Shown: in pieces, positions 8,671 through 16,516 of the stretch
Layout: the number at the start of each line of letters is the position of its first letter
Position numbering within the stretch: the first letter of the stretch is position 1
Assembly: GCA_964430045.1 (NCBI GenBank)
Contig: CAYSFN010000002.1
Coordinates: 1-50,102, forward strand
Source of the DNA: an uncultured Gemmatimonadaceae bacterium
GTDB taxonomy: Bacteria > Gemmatimonadota > Gemmatimonadetes > Gemmatimonadales > Gemmatimonadaceae
Direction of reading: 5' to 3'
DNA: 50,102 bases
Position numbers and translations under genes: made by a program
Notes under the pieces: model-generated
What the model saw: the letters and a program-made list of their open reading frames with translations, nothing else
What the model was told of the DNA's origin: nothing
The model's database searches: none

Positions 8671-9362
8671 GCGCGATCCTTTCCGCTCACAACTGGAACA
8701 CGAACGCCGACCTCATCCTCGACGCGGTCGAGTTGAAGTACCTCCGGCTGCGCTGGCACACGCTGGACCCGACGTACGGCGGCGGGAAGTGGTGGACGAA
8801 GTGGCGACCGCGCTCGTTGGTCACTCACGACCTCGAGCTCGACGGCGTCGACTTCCGTCGCCTCCCTGAGGGTGACGAGACCTTCGATGCGATCACCTTC
8901 GATCCGCCCTACGTGTGCACTGGCGGCCGTGACACCAGCACCATCACCGACTTCAACAAGCGGTACGGGTTGAAGGGTGCACCCCGCACGCCGAAACTCC
9001 TCCAGCAGATGATCAACGAGGGCCTGGAGGACTGTGTCCGGGTGCTCAAGCGACGTCAGCGCGGGCAGAGCAACGGCATCCTGCTCGTGAAGTGCTGCGA
9101 CTACGTCAGCTCGGGCAACAAGTGGAACGGGACCTACTTGACGGAGAAGCATGCCGTCGAGGAGCTCGACCTGGTTCGCATCGATCGCTTCGAGCACTAC
9201 ACCACGGCGCCACGGGCACAGCCCCAGGGGCGCACCAGGAAGTGCTCACGGTGTAAGGGCAGCGCCACCGGCTGCGAGGCGTGCATCGATGGGCGTGTGC
9301 CCTCCGAGCAGGAGCACGCCGCCTGCAACAGTTCGACTTTGTTCGTATTCGTCAAGAAGTAG
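8667..9362 (+). CDS. DNA methyltransferase (N6-adenine or N4-cytosine type)
   Basis: AdoMet motif LDPTYGGG followed by catalytic FDPPY. C-terminal Cys cluster CSRCKGSATGCEAC. Confidence 0.8.
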   Translation: MSAILSAHNWNTNADLILDAVELKYLRLRWHTLDPTYGGGKWWTKWRPRSLVTHDLELDGVDFRRLPEGDETFDAITFDPPYVCTGGRDTSTITDFNKRYGLKGAPRTPKLLQQMINEGLEDCVRVLKRRQRGQSNGILLVKCCDYVSSGNKWNGTYLTEKHAVEELDLVRIDRFEHYTTAPRAQPQGRTRKCSRCKGSATGCEACIDGRVPSEQEHAACNSSTLFVFVKK

Positions 9363-9371
9363 GAGGAACCG

Positions 9372-9851
9372 ATGGCTAAGGTGCGGATGGCTACCCGGAC
9401 GGCACCGGGCACCTGGCTCACCACGTGGACGCCGGAGCTGGTGGCGGGCGCCGAGGACAAGCCGGCGGCGTTCGCCGCCTACTGCCAGCAGACCATGGGT
9501 GTCCCGTGGGCGACGTACAAGGACATGGCGATCTTGCGCAAGCGGATCAAGGAGCTCTTCGAGTACTACCCGCGGGCGGACTACTTCACGCTGTGCCGAG
9601 TGGCCGCCTGGTGCAAGTCGAAGCGGAGGCGCCTCTCGCGGGTGTACCAGGTCGTGGACAGGTTCCGCGACGCCTACGAAGCCGGCGCCCTGCCCGAGCT
9701 CGATCGAGACAGGCTCGATGACGTCATCGAGCAGGGCATCGTCGAGGCCCTGGAGGTCGAGCAGCGCCCGGAGTGGCGCACGCGGCTCATCCGATCGGTC
9801 GGTCCCGAGGCCCGGAAGGCGGCCCTCGCCGAGTGGCAGCAGAGCCGATAG
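9372..9851 (+). CDS. hypothetical protein
   Basis: ATG 9372 after GGAGGAA. 159 aa. No recognisable domain. Confidence 0.6.
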   Translation: MAKVRMATRTAPGTWLTTWTPELVAGAEDKPAAFAAYCQQTMGVPWATYKDMAILRKRIKELFEYYPRADYFTLCRVAAWCKSKRRRLSRVYQVVDRFRDAYEAGALPELDRDRLDDVIEQGIVEALEVEQRPEWRTRLIRSVGPEARKAALAEWQQSR

Positions 9852-9868
9852 GACGCCTCTTTCTCGTT

Positions 9869-9898
9869 CGTTCCAGTCCGGCTAAGGTCTGTTCCAAT
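9869..9898 (-). promoter_or_regulatory. two ACTGGAAC-type motif copies (CGTTCCAGT and TGTTCCAAT as read on the plus strand)
   Basis: Read directly in the gap after the 9851 stop. The copies are 21 nt apart. TAAGGT lies between them. Confidence 0.4.
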
Positions 9899-9928
9899 TG
9901 TGAGCACGCCCTGGCTGGACCGAACGGC

Positions 9929-10042
9929 GTGTTCTGTCTCCTCTACCAGGAGGAGGAGCTCAACGAGACGATCGCCGAGGAGTGCGAGGGCTACACACCC
10001 TGCGCCTGGGCCCAACTGAAGGGTGTCGCGGATGTCGGATGA
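9929..10042 (+). CDS. possible small Cys-containing protein, start unresolved
   Basis: The frame of ORF 9773..10042 is GC3-rich from about 9887 (VCSNCEHALAGPNGVFCLLYQEEE...). No ATG/GTG/TTG lies between 9852 and GTG 9929. Confidence 0.25.
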   Translation: MFCLLYQEEELNETIAEECEGYTPCAWAQLKGVADVG

Positions 10043-10883
10043 TGTGATGAGGGCCGAGGCCGTCGAGCGCGAGCGGCCGATCATCCATGAGGTGATCGAC
10101 GATGAGCTCGAGATCGAGTACTACAAGGCCAAGACCATGGCCGGTTCGGGGTTCATCGTCGATCCCGACTTCGCTCAGCGCTATCTGAAGATGGGCAAGC
10201 TGCCGGTCTTCCTGATGGCGTTCCGGGTGAAGGACTGGACGCCGAAGGTCAACCCGAACGGCGAGGGCTACAAGGAGGTCCGTCTCGAGGCGTGGGAGGT
10301 CCGCGAGCTCGATGGCGAGGTCCGCCGGGAGGCGATGGCCTACTTCGCCGCCACGTCGCCTGAAGTGGCGCATGAGGGTGACACGGCGACGTTGGCCTTG
10401 CCGATGAGCGCCGAAGGCCACAAGCTCCAGCAAGCCGGCCTGCAGCAGGAGCTGCTGGAGCAGTACCTCGGTCAGCGTTGGGGCTTCGTGCCGAACGACG
10501 ACGAGACGCCCGTCGAGGCTGCCATGCGCCTTCTCGAGGAGCTCAAGGACATCAACGATTCGGCGCCGCCGGCGCTCGACGTGGTGCGCGACGTCTCGGA
10601 CGAGGAGTGGGAGTTCGAGGAGGCGAAGCGCTCCGGCCTCCATGGCGAGCTGTCCCCGAAGACCCAGGCGCTCGTGGATGGCATCCTGGAGGGCCTCGAG
10701 GACATCGATCCGGCCGCGGCTGATGTGCTCGCCGAGCTCGAGGACGACGACGAGGACGACGAGCCGGCGGTGGTGCGCGACGCTGGCCCGTCGTTCGAGG
10801 ACCCGGGTGTGGCGCCTCGGGCTGACCGCAGCTCGGGCCCGATCTTCGACGAGCCCTCCGACGAGCCGGCGGCGGCGCGCTGA
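10032..10883 (+). CDS. hypothetical protein with acidic C-terminal region
   Basis: ATG 10032 (the ORF opens at GTG 10023). About 283 aa. DDDEDDE tract near the C-terminus. Confidence 0.6.
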   Translation: MSDDVMRAEAVERERPIIHEVIDDELEIEYYKAKTMAGSGFIVDPDFAQRYLKMGKLPVFLMAFRVKDWTPKVNPNGEGYKEVRLEAWEVRELDGEVRREAMAYFAATSPEVAHEGDTATLALPMSAEGHKLQQAGLQQELLEQYLGQRWGFVPNDDETPVEAAMRLLEELKDINDSAPPALDVVRDVSDEEWEFEEAKRSGLHGELSPKTQALVDGILEGLEDIDPAAADVLAELEDDDEDDEPAVVRDAGPSFEDPGVAPRADRSSGPIFDEPSDEPAAAR

Positions 10884-11551
10884 TGGAACCCGTCATCGAG
10901 TTCGTCGCTGAGGGCTACGACTCCCTCTACGCCTGCGGTCAGTGCCGGATGATCGTGGTCAACCGTCTGGTCCCCATCTCGGACGGGGCGGAGCCCGGCG
11001 ATCGCGAGCTGGCCATCCTGTGCTGCTGGTGCACCCGTTGCCTCGCCGCTCCCCGGAAGGGGCATCGGTCGGTCTGCGAGGACTGCGAGAAGCTGCAGCG
11101 CCAGGAGACCAACGCTGCTCGTCACGCCAAGCTCCTCGCGATGCCGTTCGCTGAGCCGGCCGGCTACGAGATGTTCTTCGCCGACGAGATCAACCGCTTC
11201 GGCGAGGATCTCGACACCCTGGCCGACTACATCCTCTTCGACGTCGAGGACGGCGGCGGCACCTACGCCGACATCGACTGGTCGGATCAGGTCGTTCATC
11301 CCTGCTCGAAGCGACAGGTCGGCACGCCGGATGTACTCGAGCATCTCGACGAGGCGTGGAGTAGCGAGTTCACCGACGACTCCGGCCCATACCTCCCCTC
11401 CGAGGCAGCGCGCCAGCAGGCCAAGCTCCTTCAGGCGTTGCTCGAGAAGGACGCCCCGATCATCTACGAGCCGATCACGACGCTTCGCATCGACATGGCG
11501 GCCAGCCAGGCTGGTCGTCCAGGGAACAAGGGGTCGGCCACCGCCGGCTAA
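10883..11551 (+). CDS. hypothetical Cys-rich protein
   Basis: TGATG junction with the upstream gene. N-terminal CGQC...CCWCTRC...CEDC cluster suggests zinc binding. Confidence 0.6.
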   Translation: MEPVIEFVAEGYDSLYACGQCRMIVVNRLVPISDGAEPGDRELAILCCWCTRCLAAPRKGHRSVCEDCEKLQRQETNAARHAKLLAMPFAEPAGYEMFFADEINRFGEDLDTLADYILFDVEDGGGTYADIDWSDQVVHPCSKRQVGTPDVLEHLDEAWSSEFTDDSGPYLPSEAARQQAKLLQALLEKDAPIIYEPITTLRIDMAASQAGRPGNKGSATAG

Positions 11552-11566
11552 CGGGCGCTTCGGCGC

Positions 11567-13300
11567 ATGCAAGGGAAGAGGATCACGATGGGCAAGGGCG
11601 TACTGGACATCTCGTCCACGCTGAAGCTGCCACTGGACTATGTCACGCAGACGGGTGCCATCTTGGCCCGGCGCGGCGCCGGCAAGACCTACACCGCGCT
11701 GAAGCTGGCGGAGGAGTTCGCCGAGAACGGACTGCCGTTCGTCGCCATCGATCCCACCGGGGTGATGTGGGGCCTGCGGTCCTCAGCCACCGGCGGGAGT
11801 GGCGGCTGGCCCATCGTGATCCTCGGCGGCGAGCACGGCGACATCCCGCTCGACTCGACGTCGGGCAAGGTCATCGCCGAGTTCGTTGTGGACTCCGGCA
11901 TGTCGGTGATCCTCGACCTCTCGCTCTTCGAGTCGAAGGCGCAGTCGAACCGCTTCCTCTACGACTTCGCCGACCGGCTGTTCCGCTACAAGGCGAAGCA
12001 CCGCGAGCCGCTCCACCTCCTACTCGACGAGGCCGACCAGTTCTGTCCGCAGCAGCCGAAGCCGGACGACATGAAGATGCTCGGGGCGTGGGAGTCGATC
12101 GTCCGCCTCGGCCGCAGCCGCGGCCTGGGCATGACCATGATCACCCAGCGCGCCGCCGTGCTGAACAAGAACGTGCTCACTCAGATCGAGGTGCTCTTCG
12201 CCTTCCAGAACACCAGCCCGCAGGACCGCAAGGCCATCCTCGACTGGGTCAACGCCACGGCGTCGAAGGAGGAGGCGAAGGAGATGCTCGACAGCCTCGC
12301 CTCGCTCCAGCCCGGCGAGGGCTGGGTGTGGTCGCCGGGCTGGCTCCGGGTGCTCGTGCGGGTACAGATCTCGAAGCGCAAGACGTTCGACTCCTCCCGC
12401 ACGCCCGAGGCCGGCGAGGTGCTCCAGCCCAAGCAGGTGGCGCCGGTCGACCTCGAGGCGCTGGCCGAGCGCATGCAGTCGACCATCGAGCGGGCCCTGG
12501 CCACCGACCCATCGATCCTCCAGGCCCGCGTGCGCGAGCTCGAGCGCGAGCTCAAGGCCATGGCCAACCAGCCGGCCGAGGTGCGGGTGGAGACTCGGGT
12601 GGTCCGCGTTGAGGTTCCGCCGGCCGGCATCGAGAAGCGGTTGCTCGATCTCAGTCAGAACCTCGCGATGTTCGAGGACGAGCTCCAGGGCGTGTACGAG
12701 GATCTCCGGTGTGCTCGAATCGAGGAGGAGGCCAAGGCCGAGGTGGCCGAGATCCAGGGTTCACCGCCGCCGGACTGGGCGGCGAAGAAGGTCCAGCGGC
12801 GCTCGGTGCCCGTGGCGGCCCCCGCCGGCGACGTGAAGCTGGGCAAGGCTGAGCGCATGATCCTCGCCGTTCTCTGGGATCACGGCCACCTGACCAAGGG
12901 TCAGCTCGGGATCCGCACGGGCTACCAGGCGAAGGGCGGCGGCTTCGGCAACGCCCTCAGCGCGCTGCGTACCGCCGGGTACGTCGAGGGATCGGGCGAT
13001 ATCGCGATCACCGACGCCGGCATGGCTGCCGCTCAGGCGATGGATCTGCCGTACATGCCCTCCGACCTCTTCGACTTCTGGAAGAACAAGGCGCACGGGA
13101 AGGCCGAGAAGCTCATCCTCGAGGAGCTGCGCCGAGCGGGCGACTGGGTCACCCGAGAGGACCTGGCGGCGGCCACCGGGTACGAAGCCAAGGGCGGCGG
13201 CTTCGGCAACGCCCTCAGCAAGGTCAAGACCATGGACCTGGTCGAGAAGGACGCTGGCTCCTTCCGCCTGGCCACCGACTTCCGAGAGGCCATCTCCTGA
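11567..13300 (+). CDS. HerA/FtsK-superfamily (DUF87-like) ATPase with tandem C-terminal winged-helix repeats
   Basis: Walker A RRGAGKTY, Walker B LLLDEADQF, then GRSRGLGMTMITQR. Alternative start ATG 11588 after GGGAAGAGGA. Two approx 86-aa repeats each contain GY(Q/E)AKGGGFGNALS. Confidence 0.75.
   Translation: MQGKRITMGKGVLDISSTLKLPLDYVTQTGAILARRGAGKTYTALKLAEEFAENGLPFVAIDPTGVMWGLRSSATGGSGGWPIVILGGEHGDIPLDSTSGKVIAEFVVDSGMSVILDLSLFESKAQSNRFLYDFADRLFRYKAKHREPLHLLLDEADQFCPQQPKPDDMKMLGAWESIVRLGRSRGLGMTMITQRAAVLNKNVLTQIEVLFAFQNTSPQDRKAILDWVNATASKEEAKEMLDSLASLQPGEGWVWSPGWLRVLVRVQISKRKTFDSSRTPEAGEVLQPKQVAPVDLEALAERMQSTIERALATDPSILQARVRELERELKAMANQPAEVRVETRVVRVEVPPAGIEKRLLDLSQNLAMFEDELQGVYEDLRCARIEEEAKAEVAEIQGSPPPDWAAKKVQRRSVPVAAPAGDVKLGKAERMILAVLWDHGHLTKGQLGIRTGYQAKGGGFGNALSALRTAGYVEGSGDIAITDAGMAAAQAMDLPYMPSDLFDFWKNKAHGKAEKLILEELRRAGDWVTREDLAAATGYEAKGGGFGNALSKVKTMDLVEKDAGSFRLATDFREAIS
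12932..12961 (+). repeat. 30-nt perfect direct repeat, copy 1
   Basis: aagggcggcggcttcggcaacgccctcagc. An identical copy lies 258 nt downstream, in frame. Confidence 0.85.
13190..13219 (+). repeat. 30-nt perfect direct repeat, copy 2
   Basis: Identical to 12932-12961. Encodes KGGGFGNALS in the second winged-helix repeat. Confidence 0.85.
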
Positions 13301-13530
13301 TGCCCAACATCTACCAGAACGTCATGCTCGACAACGGCAAGCTCCAGGTCACCTACCTGGCGCCCGACGCCGTCGACGAGGAGACCGGTGCCGCCGAGAT
13401 CACCATCATCGAGATCCCGCACGGCGTCATCCCGCACGAGCTGTTCGATGAGCTCGTCGACCAGCTCGATCAGATCGTGGACGCATACCGCAAGGCGCGC
13501 CGGCGGCCGCCTCCTACGATCAGCAGATGA
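13300..13530 (+). CDS. hypothetical protein
   Basis: TGATG junction with the HerA-like stop. 76 aa. Confidence 0.6.
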   Translation: MPNIYQNVMLDNGKLQVTYLAPDAVDEETGAAEITIIEIPHGVIPHELFDELVDQLDQIVDAYRKARRRPPPTISR

Positions 13531-13712
13531 CCCGGATCCGCTACCGAGCCCTGTGGACGCAACGGGGCGCCGTCATCCTGGTCGACCACGATGGGCGCTT
13601 CGTCGTCAGGCGGTTCAGGTTGCGCGACCGAGCGGCCATTCGGGGAAAGGTGCGGCCGCCGAAGAACGACGTTCCCTCAGACCCGATTCGACGTTGGCCG
13701 CGGAGGCGATGA
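13527..13712 (+). CDS. hypothetical small basic protein
   Basis: ATGA overlaps at both ends. 61 aa. Confidence 0.45.
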   Translation: MTRIRYRALWTQRGAVILVDHDGRFVVRRFRLRDRAAIRGKVRPPKNDVPSDPIRRWPRRR

Positions 13713-14086
13713 TGGCAAGACGAGCGAAGAAGTTGACCAAGGCCGAGAAGGAGGAGGCCGATACCACTCGCCGGGTGGCCTTCAAGGGCGGCCCCTACGA
13801 TGGCCTCCGGATGACAGTCGGCAAGAACCTCATGCGGGAGTACATGCGTCTCGGCTTCCCCGAGTGGGCGACCTACCGGTGGGACGGGGACGAGACCCTC
13901 TACGTCTACTTCGGGCCCGACCCAGCTCCGGCAGGCGCCGGCACGGTGCGCAAGCCAGTCGAGGGTCAGGCCGCCGTGAGGGGGGTCGTGGTCGATCCGG
14001 CCGACATCGATCTGTCGCATCGCGAGACCGCGGCCTGGAAGCGCGGTCGTCTCTTGGCCGGGCAGACCATGGCGGATGAAGGATGA
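13709..14086 (+). CDS. hypothetical protein
   Basis: Internal ATG 13709 of ORF 13388..14086, in an ATGA overlap. 125 aa. Confidence 0.55.
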   Translation: MMARRAKKLTKAEKEEADTTRRVAFKGGPYDGLRMTVGKNLMREYMRLGFPEWATYRWDGDETLYVYFGPDPAPAGAGTVRKPVEGQAAVRGVVVDPADIDLSHRETAAWKRGRLLAGQTMADEG

Positions 14087-15066
14087 AGCGGCTCGATGTG
14101 GTCGAGGCCGTCGTCGACTGCGAGGCATGTCCTCGGTCGAAGGTGACGATGCCTGTCCCGATCGCTGGGACAGAGGGAGCCGACTACCTGGTGGTGGGGG
14201 GCTATCCGAGCGCGGACGACGCTGAGGTGGCCAAGCCGTTCACGGGTGAAGCCGGCGATCTGCTCCGGGACACGCTCGCTGACGTGGGCCTCGATGAGCT
14301 TCGGCCGGCCTTCATGAGTGTCGTGGCCTGTGCCGGCGATGGGCCGACACCGGAGCACGTCGAGGCCTGCGCTCCTACTCGAGAGCTCCAGGCGAACCTC
14401 GCCGGCGCCCGCTGGACGCTGCTGGTCGGAGCTCTCCCGTTGCGCACGTACGCTCCAGCGCTGCGCACCGTTCACGGCCTCGGCCGCCCGTTCCTCATCG
14501 ACGGCATCGTGCACTTCGGCACCTTCAACCCGAGCCAGGCCATGGCCGACCCGTCCGTGCTTCGGCAGTTCCGGTCCCATCTCGAGACCTTCGCCGAGAT
14601 GCTCACCGAGGAGAAGGAGTGGACCCTCCATGGAGGCGATGACTGTTCGGTATGCGATGCCTGGTTCGAGTGGATCACTGACGACGGTCTCACCTGGTGC
14701 GGTGACCATGTTCCCGCCTACGGGCGCCAGGCCTATGAGGAACGCGTGGCTCTACTCGAGGAGCACCGGGATGTCCTGGCGCTCGAGTGGCAGACCGAAG
14801 ATGACGAAGGATGGACCAGACGCGCCTGGGAGACCTTGACGGGCTATCTTCGTACCCATGACGAATTCTTCGTCGATTCGTTTTGGGCCGAGACCGGGCT
14901 CGAGGTTCCACGCGAAGCTCGAGCCCTTGGTCCGCTGGTAAGGAGGGCGGCCATGGCCGGTCAGATGGAGAAGACGGGGGAGTTCCGCAAGTCGGATGCC
15001 TCCAACCGCAGCGAGAAGCCCGTGTGGCGTTCGCTCATCGGCCCGATGGTGGCGGCCCATGGGTAG
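14083..15066 (+). CDS. uracil-DNA glycosylase superfamily protein (family-4-like scaffold, altered active-site motifs) with C-terminal extension
   Basis: Fe-S-type Cys pairs CEAC and CAGDGPTPEHVEAC. Conserved KPFTGEAGDLL. Motif A reads GGYPS (not GEAPG) and motif B reads FNPS (not HPS). About 150-aa C-terminal region with CSVC...WCGDH. Confidence 0.7.
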   Translation: MKRLDVVEAVVDCEACPRSKVTMPVPIAGTEGADYLVVGGYPSADDAEVAKPFTGEAGDLLRDTLADVGLDELRPAFMSVVACAGDGPTPEHVEACAPTRELQANLAGARWTLLVGALPLRTYAPALRTVHGLGRPFLIDGIVHFGTFNPSQAMADPSVLRQFRSHLETFAEMLTEEKEWTLHGGDDCSVCDAWFEWITDDGLTWCGDHVPAYGRQAYEERVALLEEHRDVLALEWQTEDDEGWTRRAWETLTGYLRTHDEFFVDSFWAETGLEVPREARALGPLVRRAAMAGQMEKTGEFRKSDASNRSEKPVWRSLIGPMVAAHG

Positions 15067-15280
15067 GGCCCGGCCGCAGCGGCGCATCGTGCTCGATGTC
15101 AACGCGTCGATCCACGACGACCTTGAGCGCCTGGCTGAGCGTGATGGGGTCACGGCCGGGTCCGTGGTTCGCGAGGCGGTGGCCAAGCACCTGCGCTCGA
15201 ACCGTGACTACCTCGGGGAGGGCATGGGCGACGTCGGGGCCGAGCTCGGCGGGTTCGCCGGGCACTCGGGCCAGTTCTGA
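15059..15280 (+). CDS. ribbon-helix-helix (CopG/Arc-like) protein
   Basis: Internal ATG 15059. N-terminal RRIVLDVNASIHDDLERLAERDGVTAGSVVREAVAKHL fits a beta strand followed by two helices. 73 aa. Confidence 0.65.
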   Translation: MGRARPQRRIVLDVNASIHDDLERLAERDGVTAGSVVREAVAKHLRSNRDYLGEGMGDVGAELGGFAGHSGQF

Positions 15281-15369
15281 TGGTGCCCCCGCCGACCGGA
15301 TCAGGCGTCGCGTGGCTGATCGTGGCCGGGCTCGTCGTCCTCGCCGCCGTTCTGATCCTCGTTCACTGA
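15280..15369 (+). CDS. possible 29-aa membrane microprotein
   Basis: TGATG junction with the RHH stop. Encodes MVPPPTGSGVAWLIVAGLVVLAAVLILVH. Below the ORF-track cutoff. Confidence 0.35.
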   Translation: MVPPPTGSGVAWLIVAGLVVLAAVLILVH

Positions 15370-15406
15370 TTCAGATCAGCTCGTCAGGGGCGGGAACGTA
15401 CAGGAC

Positions 15407-15577
15407 TCACGTCGGCTGCCCCCACCAGTTCTCATAGAGGACGGCCATGGCCGCCTCGGCCTGGAAGTAGGCGGCGGTCTGCGCGTCGAACAGCGGGCCG
15501 TAGCCCAGCTCCTCGTTCTCGATGGCTCGTGCGGCGCGCTCCCCCAGCTCGAACTCGTCGAGGACGAAAGCCGCCAT
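15407..15577 (-). CDS. hypothetical 56-aa protein (last gene of the minus array)
   Basis: ATG 15577. Encodes MAAFVLDEFELGERAARAIENEELGYGPLF... GC3-rich. Below the ORF-track cutoff. Confidence 0.4.
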   Translation of the reverse strand: MAAFVLDEFELGERAARAIENEELGYGPLFDAQTAAYFQAEAAMAVLYENWWGQPT

Positions 15578-15681
15578 CAGATGCTCCCGTCGCCGGCATC
15601 CGCTTGGGCGGGCCGGGCGTCAGTCTCGAGCAGGTGCATGGTGGGGACCCCAGGCTGAGGTTGATCTGGCGGACGTGCGGT

Positions 15682-15695
15682 GTTTCACGTGAAAC
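15682..15695. promoter_or_regulatory. 14-bp perfect palindrome GTTTCACGTGAAAC
   Basis: Read directly. Overlaps the stop codon (15685-15687) of the 77-aa gene. AT-rich arms in a GC-rich context. Confidence 0.4.
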
Positions 15696-15918
15696 GCCGA
15701 GCGCTCGGGCTGACGAGCTCGAGACCCAGGCTCCGCCTGGCGTACTGCCGACACTCGTCGACGGTGCCCTCGAACACGGTGCGGGAGCCGCTGAAGACCT
15801 TCAGCCGGACCCGGTGACCTTGGTCCGTGGCCACGATCTCCATAATCGGATTGGCGAACCCCCAGTTCTCGTCGAGCTTGTAGAAGATGAGCTCCTGGTC
15901 GTCGGCGATGAATATCAT
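15685..15918 (-). CDS. hypothetical protein
   Basis: Internal ATG 15918 preceded by AAGGAGG. ATGA overlap with the upstream gene. 77 aa. Confidence 0.55.
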   Translation of the reverse strand: MIFIADDQELIFYKLDENWGFANPIMEIVATDQGHRVRLKVFSGSRTVFEGTVDECRQYARRSLGLELVSPSARRFT

Positions 15919-16214
15919 GCGAATCCTCCTTGCCTGGTGGACTGGCCGGCTGGCGTGATGAGGGGGTTGCCCATCCTCGAGGCCCCCGGGCGGAGCACGG
16001 AGGCGTCCGTCGGCACCTCCGGCTCGCAGCCGCCGTCGGGCCAGCCCTTCTTGTCGAACTGGCGGTTCTCCTCGTGGCAGCACTCCGAGCAGATGGCGCG
16101 CCGGGGGTTGTAGTAGGTCGGGATGAACGGCCCCTTCCGACTGCCGCAGTTCGAGCACGACTTCTGGTTGGCCGTCGACGGGATGGCCTTCGGGTTGCGG
16201 GTGCGCTCGATCAT
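15915..16214 (-). CDS. zinc-ribbon protein
   Basis: ATGA overlaps on both sides. 99 aa. CSNCGS...CSECC four-Cys arrangement. Confidence 0.55.
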   Translation of the reverse strand: MIERTRNPKAIPSTANQKSCSNCGSRKGPFIPTYYNPRRAICSECCHEENRQFDKKGWPDGGCEPEVPTDASVLRPGASRMGNPLITPAGQSTRQGGFA

Positions 16215-16516
16215 CGGTCCACGACCGACTCGGGCAGCTCGATGCCGCGGGCATCGGCCATCCGGAGGCAGGTCCGACAGAGCTGCTTGCGGCGCACGTG
16301 GGAGATGATGATCACCTGACCGCCGACGGTTCCGGTGTCGCGGGCAGTGAGCGTGGTCTCGCACATGGCCCTGACCTCGAGCGGAGGCTCGACGACCTCG
16401 CCGGCGGAACCGAAGACTTCGACTTCGATGGTCGGGGTCTCGGCCGAGATGAGGTGGACCTTGCCGCTACCCCAGTGACGAGCAGCGAGGTAGCTGGGGA
16501 TCGTGGTCGTGGTCAT
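16211..16516 (-). CDS. hypothetical protein
   Basis: ATGA overlaps on both sides. 101 aa. Confidence 0.55.
   Translation of the reverse strand: MTTTTIPSYLAARHWGSGKVHLISAETPTIEVEVFGSAGEVVEPPLEVRAMCETTLTARDTGTVGGQVIIISHVRRKQLCRTCLRMADARGIELPESVVDR

Noticed and set aside
11567-13300. TraB-like conjugative DNA translocase, which would imply a Streptomyces-type plasmid or ICE
   Set aside because: The motifs look HerA/DUF87-like rather than FtsK/TraB-like. There is no N-terminal TM segment, and I noticed no clt-like 8-mer repeat cluster nearby. It is kept only as an analogy in the finding.
15370-15406. Bidirectional terminator or attachment site at the convergence point of the two arrays
   Set aside because: Only a weak 5-bp hairpin (CTGAT-TCAG-ATCAG) is present. 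There is no integrase, tRNA or long repeat in the window to support an att site.
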